The notes: generated by a model from the letters alone, not told the origin. A stretch of DNA of 64,000 nt from Candidatus Saccharimonadota bacterium (GCA_046350735.1 JAXLZU010000001.1:493767-557766); one strand, 5' to 3'; counted from the stretch's first letter, positions 18,888 through 28,802 are shown. A program made the numbers and translations.

Positions 18888-20413
18888 AAGCTGGTAGCCA
18901 TGCGAATAAGTTGATCTTGGCTAAGGTTGGTATTATCACCTTCAATTCGATACCAGGTGCCATTATTAACCCAGCTAGCTTGATTACCATACACGTAAAT
19001 AGTTAGTCCGGCAGCTTGCAGTGAGAGATATTTATCAGACTTATTACTAACATAGTTTTCAGCTAAGGCTTGGCTATCCCAGTCAGTTTTACTCTCATTA
19101 ACAGTAGCTGAGGCTTTGCCGTCTGCAGACCCTATTTGATAAGAGATGGTACCAGGGCCAGAGCTGATATTATTTGAAACCTGCCAACCATTAGGTAGGT
19201 AGCCAGGCATACTTGCATTTATACCAGCTTTTGAGCTAGCGACTTTGAGGGCTAAGTTAGGATAATTAACTTGCCAAACATAGGCTCCAAGAAGTAATAG
19301 ACCAGCCATGGTAAGAGTTACTGTGGCAGCTTTGGCACTTTTTTTGCCAAGCGAAGATTTCTTCTTAGCAACAGGCATTGGCTCATCTGGCACTCCTGGT
19401 AAACCTGTAGATGGGTTCTCGGTGAGTGTATTTGACTGTGGCTCAATTACACCTGGTGTAGTTGTAGAGGCCGAAGCAGCAACTGTATTAATACTATCTG
19501 GGTTAAGTACAGGTTGTGTAAGAGGTTGAGCCACTGGTGCTTGAGCAGGTGGTGAAGGGGTTTGTGGTGATGCGGTAAATGTAGTTACTTGAGTGGGTGC
19601 AAGAGTTGGTGTAGCTACTGATCTAATTGTATCCATAGGCACAACTACTGGAGGTGTAGACGGCTTTGTAGAAAGCTCTTGTACTGCCGCTGGGCGTTCA
19701 TTGTCTGAATTTGCCAATAGATTGAACTGATCATCTGAGAATACATGCTCATCTTTACTATCGAGGGATGCAAGTTCGCTACTCTGTGTATGTGTGTCTG
19801 GCAGATTGTCTGGTGTGTTTGACGAAGACTGTGTCATCGAATCAACAGCTGGGTTGCTAGTTTGTGGTACTGCTACCGATGGAGTCTGAGGTACCAAAGT
19901 ATTTGCAGGATTATTTGCAACAGGGCGTAAATCGGTAATATTAGCTGAAGGAGTAAATTTATTAATCGAGGACGATACTGGTGCTGCAGTGGGTTCTGGT
20001 GTGGGAGTAGGAGGTGTGGCCGGTGGCGTGGTGGCAGCAGGAGTATCCATTACCCAAGGAGTTGTAGATTGGCTATTAGTTGATGGTGGAGTATTTGTAT
20101 CTGGTGATTTGGTGGTAGCAGTTGTAGGTTCGGCTGGTTTGCCAGAAAGGCTGGCTGTTAGACTACTTACAATGTCATCTCCATTTGTTGAGGCAGTGCT
20201 GGTAGGACTAGAGCTTGACACATCGGTACTGGGCGCCATGCCAATGCTTGGTTGAAGGTTGTTGCTCGAATGGCTAGGTGCTGCACCACCTACAACTCCT
20301 TCATTACCACTAGCAGAAGCTGCAGCAGTACCACAATTAGCACAAAACGTTTTGCCGGCTATGCTAATTTGATCACTAGAGCTACAGTTTTGACAATTAT
20401 CAGATAAATTCAT
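18884..20413 (-). CDS. Membrane protein with N-terminal cytoplasmic zinc-ribbon, long Ser/Thr/Pro-rich linker, single TM helix and C-terminal extracytoplasmic domain
   Basis: CxxC...CxxC (CQNCSS...CANCGT) in the first 30 aa; about 300 aa low-complexity linker; TM ATVTLTMAGLLLLGAYVW; about 140 aa C-terminal domain. Confidence 0.55.
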   Translation of the reverse strand: MNLSDNCQNCSSSDQISIAGKTFCANCGTAAASASGNEGVVGGAAPSHSSNNLQPSIGMAPSTDVSSSSPTSTASTNGDDIVSSLTASLSGKPAEPTTATTKSPDTNTPPSTNSQSTTPWVMDTPAATTPPATPPTPTPEPTAAPVSSSINKFTPSANITDLRPVANNPANTLVPQTPSVAVPQTSNPAVDSMTQSSSNTPDNLPDTHTQSSELASLDSKDEHVFSDDQFNLLANSDNERPAAVQELSTKPSTPPVVVPMDTIRSVATPTLAPTQVTTFTASPQTPSPPAQAPVAQPLTQPVLNPDSINTVAASASTTTPGVIEPQSNTLTENPSTGLPGVPDEPMPVAKKKSSLGKKSAKAATVTLTMAGLLLLGAYVWQVNYPNLALKVASSKAGINASMPGYLPNGWQVSNNISSGPGTISYQIGSADGKASATVNESKTDWDSQALAENYVSNKSDKYLSLQAAGLTIYVYGNQASWVNNGTWYRIEGDNTNLSQDQLIRMATSL

Positions 20414-20508
20414 ACTTGCTTCATAACCTATTCTTTTATACCAATTACAAACTTTACCGTAAGCGGTTATCGTTATTGTAGCAAATATTACTTATGTTTA
20501 ACAGTTTT

Positions 20509-21348
20509 TTACTGATGTTTCGACTGTTTTTTTACTAGCCAAACAAATTTTGGAATAGCAGTTTGCCTCGCAATTCGTTTGGGCTGACGCATAAGCCGCC
20601 AAAACCACTCAGTACCACTCTTTTGCATCCATACTGGCGCACGCCTTATAGGTCCGCCCATTTCGCTATAGTCAAACGTTCCTCCCTCACCAATCATTAC
20701 TTTGGCTAATTTATGTTCTCTATTACGGTACATAAACCGTTCTTGACGAGGAAACCCCATAGCAACAAATAAAACATCGAGTTTGGCAGCAACAATCTCT
20801 TTAATTACATCAGCTTCTTTGTGTTGGGCAATCTCTTCTGGCTCAAAAAAACCTTTCCATGTTTTGAGATAAGCTAGTTTCGGAAAATTTTTTGCTACAG
20901 CTCTGTGAATTTCTTCTGGCGAGTTGATGCCACCAATAATACCTATACGCCACCCCTTTTCTTCAGCAAGCTTAAGTAGGGCCTTTGTTTGTGTAACACC
21001 TGCCATTTTTTCTGGTAAAACCTGGTTGCGCCAATCGGACTTTTGTAACCATCGCAAACCACTACGTGGTACTTTTAAGAATTTTTGGCCGGGTTCACCA
21101 TAGAGAAAGCTGGCAGCCCACTGCAGAGACACTCCATCTGCAATACAGAGGTCTGAAGTATTGAGGATATTTTTTATGAGTGGGTCTTTTTGTGCGGCAG
21201 TAAGAAATTCAACATACGGCTTTACAACGATGGCAGAACGCTTCTTGGGAGGATTATTTACCAACTCTGCAATGCTGTTGTTTGCCTCTACAATAGTAAG
21301 CTTATTTACTCTAATGCCCAGAATGTCTACAGTATTATTCTTTGTCAT
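20509..21348 (-). CDS. WecB/TagA/CpsF-family glycosyltransferase (N-acetylmannosaminyltransferase-like)
   Basis: Family-typical DILGIRV N-terminus and FVAMGFPRQE motif. Probable start is MTKNNTVD (ATG at 21348); the ORF-track extension would overlap the upstream GT4 gene by about 130 bp. Confidence 0.75.
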   Translation of the reverse strand: MTKNNTVDILGIRVNKLTIVEANNSIAELVNNPPKKRSAIVVKPYVEFLTAAQKDPLIKNILNTSDLCIADGVSLQWAASFLYGEPGQKFLKVPRSGLRWLQKSDWRNQVLPEKMAGVTQTKALLKLAEEKGWRIGIIGGINSPEEIHRAVAKNFPKLAYLKTWKGFFEPEEIAQHKEADVIKEIVAAKLDVLFVAMGFPRQERFMYRNREHKLAKVMIGEGGTFDYSEMGGPIRRAPVWMQKSGTEWFWRLMRQPKRIARQTAIPKFVWLVKKQSKHQ

Positions 21349-22468
21349 GTTGATATTGATTATATAATTTTGTGATGGTTTCAGGAAACTGTGTACAAAA
21401 ACTCTTAGTGGAAAACTTCGTAGCTGCGGCATGTAATGTTTTTGGGTTAAACGTGGTTTTAGCAAACGTATTGAGAGCCACTTGTAAAGATTGGGTGGTG
21501 GCAGTGTCGAAAAATATACCCGTCTTACCTTCTTGTATAGTCTCCAATAGGCCGCCTGCTCTTAAGGCGATTACTGGAGTGCCAGTAGATAGGGCTTCTA
21601 CGGGTGCAATACCAAAATCTTCAATGCTCGGAAATATAAAGGCTTTTGCGCCTTGTAATAACTCAACTTTTTGTTCTTCGCTAACCCGTCCAACAAATTT
21701 GATATTACTATTTTTGGCAGCTATGGCTTCAAGTCTCTGTCTGTCGGGGCCATCACCGGCAATAATAAGTTTTTCTTTGCTCTTTGCAAATGTACGAATT
21801 ACCAGCTCGATATTTTTGTATTGAGAAAGTGTAGATACGCATAAATAGTATTCTCTTGGTGTGTTATTTTCTGGTAATGAAAATATCTTTACTGGTGGAT
21901 ATACTAGCTTGCTGCTACGATGATAATATTTCTGAATACGTCTGGCAATGTAGTGACTAATAGCAATAAAGCTATCAACCTCTTTAGATTGGTAAAAATC
22001 CCAGAGTCTTAGTTTGGATACTCTACGGGTAATAATATAACGACTTATTGCTCCAAGTTTAAAGGGACCAATTTTTTGAGTGTCTAGGTATTTAGGCCAA
22101 CTGTCCCAAATCATTCTAGCTGGACTATAACAATAACTAATATGGCACGTTTCTTTTGGAACAGTAATGTTTTTTACCCATGCACTCGAAACAGAAATAA
22201 CCAGATCGTATCCGGTAAAATCTAGCTTGTCCACGGCTTTTTTAATGTGCGGCAATAATAGATATGGGCGTTTTTTTATAACGTTTGGGAATTTGTTTAG
22301 TCTGCTAGTAATGATAGTACGGTTCTTTAAGTATGGTGAAAATAATTTTTTGTTATACACCAGACAGTAAATGTCTGCTTGGGGGTATAATTTAGCAATC
22401 TCAAAAAATGTTGCCTCACCACCACCTACTTTTACATTTAGCCAATCGTATACTAAGGCAACTTTCAT
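21335..22468 (-). CDS. GT4-family glycosyltransferase (GT-B fold)
   Basis: C-terminal FIFPSxEDFGIAPVEALSTGTPVIA signature of GT4 enzymes. Confidence 0.8.
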   Translation of the reverse strand: MKVALVYDWLNVKVGGGEATFFEIAKLYPQADIYCLVYNKKLFSPYLKNRTIITSRLNKFPNVIKKRPYLLLPHIKKAVDKLDFTGYDLVISVSSAWVKNITVPKETCHISYCYSPARMIWDSWPKYLDTQKIGPFKLGAISRYIITRRVSKLRLWDFYQSKEVDSFIAISHYIARRIQKYYHRSSKLVYPPVKIFSLPENNTPREYYLCVSTLSQYKNIELVIRTFAKSKEKLIIAGDGPDRQRLEAIAAKNSNIKFVGRVSEEQKVELLQGAKAFIFPSIEDFGIAPVEALSTGTPVIALRAGGLLETIQEGKTGIFFDTATTQSLQVALNTFAKTTFNPKTLHAAATKFSTKSFCTQFPETITKLYNQYQHDKE

Positions 22469-23754
22469 GTATTTCTCCCCTTTATTATGCCAAACAGGCT
22501 AAAGCCAATAATAGACAAGGTAGAATCTGCAGGTGCATGTAAAAACATCGAGGCTACACCTATTGCAATTATTATGGCTAGACCAGCTGACGGCCAAATG
22601 TGGTCTGTGCTCTTACGACTTCTTATTTGATAAAATTCTCGTCCAAGTAAAACAAAGAATGCGAGATAGAGTAATAAGCCAAGCACCCCTATCTCGACGG
22701 CTATTTGCAAATACCAGTTCTCGGTAATTAGTGGTTTAGTATTATAAAAACTAGCAGGGCCGGCCGAACCGAGTCCATAACCAAACGGTTGCTTTGCTAT
22801 TGCAACAACGCCATTATGTTGCGACTCTACTCGCTGCTTGTCTGACCCGCTAAGCAATCCGCTCTCGCAGCTACCATGTATAAGTGACTTTGGTAGTGCA
22901 TCAACATAATTACACTGGTTTGGTGAAAGTAATAAAAAGAATAACCCGCCGAGTATTAGCGCTAGACTGACAAAGGTAGCTAGCCGCAGCTTAGAAGGTA
23001 GTTTTAGTGCTACTAAAACTGCTATGCCAAAAACAAGGCCAATTAATGCACTTCGTGAATAAGTAATATAAACTCCTACAGAAAATAGAATTGCCAAGCC
23101 CAAATACTGCCATTTTTTTTGGAAGATAAAAAATGATACAGCTGCAAGAGCCGGAATTAATAAGTATGTTCCTAGCTGATTAGGACCACCTAAGGTAGAA
23201 AAAGCTCTTACAGTTGTTGCAGCAGACTCAATATACTGTCCTGCAAGAATAGTTCCACTTGCTCCTTCTGGACCATAACCAATTTTTAGTAATAAACTAG
23301 GATGAAACAGATATGGTTGCAAAATAGCTAAAATGGTTACAAGAACAGCCGGAACAAACAATAGATAGCGCAGCTTTTTATCGGTAAAGCTTTCAGAAAA
23401 TACCTGTGCAACGGCAAAAAGGAATAAGGGAAATATGTTGGTCTTGAGACCCACAAGAAAAGATGTATGATAAGCGAGATTGGCTATACCAACAAGCAGG
23501 CTAAGCCCTACTATCCCTAGTGCAAGAGAGTTAACCGTATCAAGTTTAATTACCACACGATGCTTTAGCCAATATAGAAGCGCAGAAATACTTAGAATAA
23601 TTATCACAACCTCTTTCCAGGCCGAGATTGCACCTTTATATCCAAATACATGCCCAGCTACCGTTACGAAGAATGCATGGAAAGGCATTAAGATTAAGAG
23701 GACTGATAAAAGAGCGGCGCTCCACCAGACTAATCGAGAATACGTTTTTGTCAT
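22465..23754 (-). CDS. O-antigen ligase/polymerase-like (Wzy/WaaL-type) polytopic membrane protein
   Basis: About 10-12 TM helices with a central extracytoplasmic loop; embedded between glycosyltransferase genes. Confidence 0.55.
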   Translation of the reverse strand: MTKTYSRLVWWSAALLSVLLILMPFHAFFVTVAGHVFGYKGAISAWKEVVIIILSISALLYWLKHRVVIKLDTVNSLALGIVGLSLLVGIANLAYHTSFLVGLKTNIFPLFLFAVAQVFSESFTDKKLRYLLFVPAVLVTILAILQPYLFHPSLLLKIGYGPEGASGTILAGQYIESAATTVRAFSTLGGPNQLGTYLLIPALAAVSFFIFQKKWQYLGLAILFSVGVYITYSRSALIGLVFGIAVLVALKLPSKLRLATFVSLALILGGLFFLLLSPNQCNYVDALPKSLIHGSCESGLLSGSDKQRVESQHNGVVAIAKQPFGYGLGSAGPASFYNTKPLITENWYLQIAVEIGVLGLLLYLAFFVLLGREFYQIRSRKSTDHIWPSAGLAIIIAIGVASMFLHAPADSTLSIIGFSLFGIIKGRNT

Positions 23755-23757
23755 AAC

Positions 23758-24765
23758 CTATCTATTACTTATTACTGAGCGCATATAATCATCAAGGTTT
23801 TCGAGTGCAATACCTGTTCCTTTTGCAACACACAAGAGCGGCTCTTCGGCTACATAGCTAGGTACGCCGGTAACTTTTGTCATTAATTTGTCGATATTTC
23901 GCAGTAAGCTACCACCTCCGGTCATAATCATTCCGCGGTCAATTATATCCGAGGAAAGCTCTGGTGGTGTTTGTTCGAGTACTGCTTTTACTGCCAAAAT
24001 AATATCATCCAGTCTATCAGAAATTGCCGCTGTAATATCAGTAGAGTTAAGCTCGATTGTTTTTGGCAGACCAGCCACAACATCACGGCCACGAACCTTC
24101 ATTTTCATGGGCTTATCGAGTGGTAATGCTGAGCCAATTTCTTTTTTGATATCTTCAGCTGTCTGCGCGCCAACTACCAAACCATATTTTTTACGAATAA
24201 AGTCTGCAATAGCATTATCTATCTTGGCACCAGCTACTCGTACGCTATGTTCGGCGACTATTCCGCCCAAACTAATAATAGCTACCTCGGTAGTTCCCTC
24301 ACCTATATCTACAATTAAGTTACCAGCCGGTGCAGCAATTGGAACATTTGCCCCTATGGCAGCAGCGACGGGTGCGCGTATAATATATACTCTCCTGGCA
24401 CCGGCGCTCATTGCAGCATCAATTACTGCTCTTCGTTCGGTAGAAGTTATACCTGTCGGCACGCTAATCATTAACTCAGGTCTTGTAATACGGACTCGTC
24501 CGGCAATTTTGCTAATAAGATATTTTAATAAGGCCTGAGTGATACGATAATCAGCAATTACTCCATCTTTAAATGGACGACTAGCCGTAATAATATCTGG
24601 TGTACGACCAAGCATCTCTTTGGCTTCATTGCCAACGGCCACAATTCTATTATCATCTACACTTACAGCAACAACTGATGGCTCGTTTGCCACAATTCCT
24701 TTTTTGGGAAGATAGACTAGTGTATTGGCTGTTCCGAGATCGATTGCTAAACGTTTTTTTAACAT
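23758..24765 (-). CDS. mreB: MreB-family actin-like protein (second paralogue, Mbl-like)
   Basis: AIDLGTANTLVY phosphate-1 motif and DIGEGTTEVAIISLGG phosphate-2 motif; 335 aa. Confidence 0.85.
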   Translation of the reverse strand: MLKKRLAIDLGTANTLVYLPKKGIVANEPSVVAVSVDDNRIVAVGNEAKEMLGRTPDIITASRPFKDGVIADYRITQALLKYLISKIAGRVRITRPELMISVPTGITSTERRAVIDAAMSAGARRVYIIRAPVAAAIGANVPIAAPAGNLIVDIGEGTTEVAIISLGGIVAEHSVRVAGAKIDNAIADFIRKKYGLVVGAQTAEDIKKEIGSALPLDKPMKMKVRGRDVVAGLPKTIELNSTDITAAISDRLDDIILAVKAVLEQTPPELSSDIIDRGMIMTGGGSLLRNIDKLMTKVTGVPSYVAEEPLLCVAKGTGIALENLDDYMRSVISNR

Positions 24766-24854
24766 AGACTCTATTGTATCTAATAATTTCGTAAATTTAT
24801 AGACAGCTACTTAACCCTTTTTGTAATGTATTGTATAATTGCTACTGATTCATT

Positions 24855-26219
24855 ATGAAAAAAACACGTAAGCCCCTTCAGTGGTTAATGTACACTATCG
24901 CAATTGGTGTGTTAATTTTCGGTACTATAGGGCTGGTCTATTTTGCACAGGGATATAGCTATGATTTTAAGAGTGGCCAAATTCGCAATAGCGGATTAGT
25001 ATTGATAGACTCACATCCAAATGGCGCATCAATTTCACTTAATGGAAAAAGTATTAGCGATAAAACTCCATATCGATACGATAATGCCACAGGCGGCGAT
25101 ATTAGTGTGAATTTGCAAAAAAATGGTTATCGGGACTGGACTACTAAACAAACCGTTGTGCCAGGCGAAGTTACCTTCATAGAATATCCTCTATTATTGC
25201 CCGACAATTTGCCACGTCAACAAATTGCTGAGCCTGTTACATTGTCGGGGTTAAATAATGATTTCGAGCATAAAAAAGCAGTTAGTGTAAGCGGTCAGAA
25301 GGATGTTTACTTTATTACTGAAAATGGCACTGCTACACGTATTTACTCTGCTGGAGTTAATACAATAGACTCGGCAGAGATATCACCTGATGGTAATCGT
25401 GCACTTATTAGACAGACAAATACTGATAGCTCTATTAATCAAATTCTGGTTAGTACCAATGGTGCAACGGTAATTAATCTAACTGCTGAATATGGTTTTG
25501 TATTTAGTAACCTGCAGTTTAGTCCACAAAACTCTGCCGATCTATTCTGGCTTGAGAATGGGTTGGTCCGTAAGATTGACACTAACAATAAAAGCATCAG
25601 TTCTGCTCTACTTAGTGATGTAATAAGTTACTCCCTAAGTCGTGATCGTATAATTGCCACACTGCCCGGGACTATTCCCTCACTTACCAATATGATTGTC
25701 AGCACTAATCTGTCTGGTAGTGATAGATATGATGTTGCTGCGCTGCCTGCAGATACATTAGGATATAATGCAATATTGGTTCACTCACGATTTCATACAT
25801 ATTTAGCAGTGCTTGCAAATTCCGAACCAAAGAAATTGTATTATATCTATGAGCCACTGAGCAGAAATGCTCTTCCATTTAAGATAGCAGATAACGTGAC
25901 ATTCTTTAGTGCTAGTCCTAAGCAAAAGTTTCTTACCTATCTTACTACAGATGGTATTCACTCTATTGACTTAGAAACCAACCGTGAATATCATCATGCA
26001 TTAGATACTAAACCTATTACTGCAATTAACTGGTTTGATGACTACCATGTAATTCTACAGGCCGGCACAGTAGGCACGATTATCGATTTTGATGGTTATA
26101 ATCAACAGGTTATTACTACCAACTCAACTCCGGGGTATTTATTGCCTAACGACAGTAAGTCTTTACTGTATCTAGACCTGGCAAAAGGAATGGAAAAAGT
26201 TTTCTTAGAAGCGAAATAG
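24855..26219 (+). CDS. PEGA-domain protein with N-terminal TM anchor and C-terminal beta-rich (propeller-like) domain
   Basis: TM helix then PEGA-like segment (LVLIDSHPNGASISLNG...TPYRY...GYRDW...); remainder a repetitive beta-strand pattern. Confidence 0.5.
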   Translation: MKKTRKPLQWLMYTIAIGVLIFGTIGLVYFAQGYSYDFKSGQIRNSGLVLIDSHPNGASISLNGKSISDKTPYRYDNATGGDISVNLQKNGYRDWTTKQTVVPGEVTFIEYPLLLPDNLPRQQIAEPVTLSGLNNDFEHKKAVSVSGQKDVYFITENGTATRIYSAGVNTIDSAEISPDGNRALIRQTNTDSSINQILVSTNGATVINLTAEYGFVFSNLQFSPQNSADLFWLENGLVRKIDTNNKSISSALLSDVISYSLSRDRIIATLPGTIPSLTNMIVSTNLSGSDRYDVAALPADTLGYNAILVHSRFHTYLAVLANSEPKKLYYIYEPLSRNALPFKIADNVTFFSASPKQKFLTYLTTDGIHSIDLETNREYHHALDTKPITAINWFDDYHVILQAGTVGTIIDFDGYNQQVITTNSTPGYLLPNDSKSLLYLDLAKGMEKVFLEAK

Positions 26220-26228
26220 CAAATTACT

Positions 26229-27392
26229 CTAACTGACTTCTGGTAAGTGGTTGGGCTGTGTTGTATTTTGTTGGGTTGGTGTAGTCTCGCCATTATTCGA
26301 GCTAGACCCACCAAAGAAGCGCGAAAAGAATCCAGCAATAGTGCTTTGTATTTGTGACAGAATAGAAGGTGAAGCACTAGGAAGCGTGCCAGACTGTGTT
26401 GCAGCAACAGCATTAGTGTTGGTAGTGGTGGTTTGTGGGCTTGTGGCAGCTTGCTGACTACTTGGTGTGCTTGGAGCGGGTTCAATTTGATCAGCGCTCA
26501 CCACAAAGCGTCGCCAACTAGTACCGGGTGGTGTACAAGTAATAAGTGTTGAAGTGGGGGTGTTGGTTTGGGTTAGAACGCTTAAATCTGTCGGTGCAAC
26601 AACTTTTGTATTTGTAACTCTGTACACGTACTTGTGTGATTGGTAATGTATTTCATATGTGTCGCCCGGCACTAGCCTTTCTAATAATACAAATACAAAT
26701 TTAAAGTTACCCGGCTCCCACCAGTCGTTACTAGAGTGACCAAAAAAAACTGCATTACCATTCTCTCCTGGGTAGGCAGTGCCAGCATAGTGTACCACTC
26801 CATTTTGGAGTGCTTTTAACATTTCTGGCTCTGAGAGCGTGTTAATAAATATTAGTGGTGCTCGTACACCAATTTTAGGGATAATTAATACATCTTCTGG
26901 ACCAACTACCTCTCCAGGTGCAGGCGTAGAACTTGTATTCTGTACAACAGGAGTTGATGTTTGAGTTTGTGTAGATGTAGTCTTGGGGGTTATAAGAAAA
27001 AGAATTTGACTATAGATTACCTGAAAATTAAAAATTATCAGAAAAACCACAAAACTTAGTATTGCAAACCGTACGGTTCCATAATGTTTATGTTGGCGTA
27101 TTTTCTTAAGTTTTTCGCGGGCTTTTCTCTTCTTTTCTGTCTCTGATCTATTGGGATGAACGTTGCTAACAGGTGGAGGTGTTGTTGCTGTAGTATGTTG
27201 CTCGGTAGATGTATTATTTATGTGCTCGGCTTGTGTACTTACAGAAGTTTGCGGATTCACAAATGGTTTTATTCCATGAAGTACCTGCGAGGGTTCTTTC
27301 GAGGACTCTTGAGGCGGAACGGGATATTCATCTGGTTGGGGTGAGTTGGGGTGTACCATTTCTTTTTTGTAGTACTTTCTATTATAATACAC
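26229..27392 (-). CDS. Sortase (class E/A-like transpeptidase) with long low-complexity N- and C-terminal extensions
   Basis: TM anchor; catalytic His (FFGHSS) and TLITC catalytic Cys motif; conserved Arg downstream. Confidence 0.7.
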   Translation of the reverse strand: MYYNRKYYKKEMVHPNSPQPDEYPVPPQESSKEPSQVLHGIKPFVNPQTSVSTQAEHINNTSTEQHTTATTPPPVSNVHPNRSETEKKRKAREKLKKIRQHKHYGTVRFAILSFVVFLIIFNFQVIYSQILFLITPKTTSTQTQTSTPVVQNTSSTPAPGEVVGPEDVLIIPKIGVRAPLIFINTLSEPEMLKALQNGVVHYAGTAYPGENGNAVFFGHSSNDWWEPGNFKFVFVLLERLVPGDTYEIHYQSHKYVYRVTNTKVVAPTDLSVLTQTNTPTSTLITCTPPGTSWRRFVVSADQIEPAPSTPSSQQAATSPQTTTTNTNAVAATQSGTLPSASPSILSQIQSTIAGFFSRFFGGSSSNNGETTPTQQNTTQPNHLPEVS

Positions 27393-27428
27393 TTTAGCTT
27401 TCGAGTAATTTGTTTAAAAATATTTTAC

Positions 27429-27513
27429 GCCGCTGTGGTGGAACTGGTAGACACGCACGACTCAAAATCGTGTGTCGAAAGACATGTCGGTTCGAGTCCG
27501 ACCAGCGGCACCA
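27429..27513 (+). tRNA. tRNA-Leu (anticodon CAA), type II with long variable arm, CCA encoded
   Basis: Acceptor stem GCCGCTG/CAGCGGC; anticodon loop CTCAAAA; variable-arm hairpin GTC-GAAA-GAC; T-loop GGTTCGAGTCC; 3-prime ACCA. Confidence 0.85.
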
Positions 27514-27556
27514 AAAAATACACAATGCCAATTGTGTATTTTTTACTATGTCTAAC

Positions 27557-28510
27557 CTATTGTAATAAAGCCTGTTTTAAGTTTTGAATAAAATTATGCT
27601 TAGCATCTAGGCTTTTTCGCAGAAGATAACCAGAGGTAAGCACTCGGTCTAAGATATCTGTATTAGGGCTTGAGACATCACAGAGCAAGCTTAATAGTAT
27701 TGCAAGAAAATAATAGTCTAATGAGATATCGGCACTATTATGTATGTTTGTAATAGTTGCTTTGGTGGCATCTGTATAACTGCAGCTTAGTATTTGATAG
27801 TTTTCTATACAAACAATATGTGCTTGCAGATGCTGGGCTAATATTTTTAAAAGGCCAATTTTGTTATATATTCCGGCATTTGGCTTAAATGTGATCATTA
27901 CACCCAAATAATCGGCAAGCTGGATTAGGCTTTTTGTATTACATATATACATATCGTCTTTACGGTTCGATACTAAGTGCGGTGAGATTTTAAAAAGACT
28001 AATAGATTCTGATGTAAACACGATTGGTGCTTGCCTTGTACTAATCAGTTTTTCTAAAAATATCTGTAGACGTGAGCCAATCTCAATATCCATCCCCACC
28101 GTAACGTAGCTGCAGTCTTGTAATGCTTCAATAGCTTCATCAGAATTTGCATAAGGGTTAGATATTTTTTTGCCTGGCTCTAAATATACTTCGGCCGGAA
28201 CTCCAGCTGTTTTAAGCTCTGATTCAGCAATAATAACGGTATTATGATTCATGGCTAAGATAATTTCATGAATATCATTAATTTTCTTTAGGCGAGTATG
28301 TTTGCCTGCTAAAAGACCAATGCTTCTCGATTGCAATCTACTAATAGGTCGCTCAAATAGAATTTTTTGATAGATATCACTCTCTTTGTCATGAACTAAA
28401 TTAACATCCTCCATGTTTTTATTACCAATATTCATTAAGATTGGTAGGTATACTAGGTGACAATTGTTCTTTGAGCATCGGCTGAATAATAGTAAGTGCA
28501 TACAATACAC
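27557..28510 (-). CDS. Hypothetical protein (true start probably internal, near MEDVNLV)
   Basis: 317 aa ORF; the N-terminal about 30 codons overlap the upstream gene, so the start is likely downstream. No family recognised. Confidence 0.35.
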   Translation of the reverse strand: MYCMHLLLFSRCSKNNCHLVYLPILMNIGNKNMEDVNLVHDKESDIYQKILFERPISRLQSRSIGLLAGKHTRLKKINDIHEIILAMNHNTVIIAESELKTAGVPAEVYLEPGKKISNPYANSDEAIEALQDCSYVTVGMDIEIGSRLQIFLEKLISTRQAPIVFTSESISLFKISPHLVSNRKDDMYICNTKSLIQLADYLGVMITFKPNAGIYNKIGLLKILAQHLQAHIVCIENYQILSCSYTDATKATITNIHNSADISLDYYFLAILLSLLCDVSSPNTDILDRVLTSGYLLRKSLDAKHNFIQNLKQALLQ

Positions 28511-28802
28511 CAGAAACTCGATTTTCTGCCTCTACCCTGTCAGTCAATTTGAGAGTATGGACAATTCTATCTAGAAATATTTGTTGGTTAAACTGCTTAT
28601 TTTCTTTCTTGCGATGCAAGAAGAACTGTCGTTTTGACGGCATTTGTAGGTAGTCAGGTAAATAATAATTTATCCGACAAAAAATACTTTCGTCTAATGT
28701 TGCTGCTAAACTCGAGACAAACGCAGTCGCAGTACGCTCTGCCTCACTATTACTTGCTAAATTTGCCCTCTGTTTAATCAGTGCTAAAAAATGTTCTGGC
28801 AT
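28422..28802 (-). CDS. DUF2267-like protein
   Basis: Pattern SEAERTATAFVSSLAATLDE...YLPDYL resembles the conserved helical repeats of DUF2267 proteins. Confidence 0.4.
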   Translation of the reverse strand: MPEHFLALIKQRANLASNSEAERTATAFVSSLAATLDESIFCRINYYLPDYLQMPSKRQFFLHRKKENKQFNQQIFLDRIVHTLKLTDRVEAENRVSGVLYALTIIQPMLKEQLSPSIPTNLNEYW

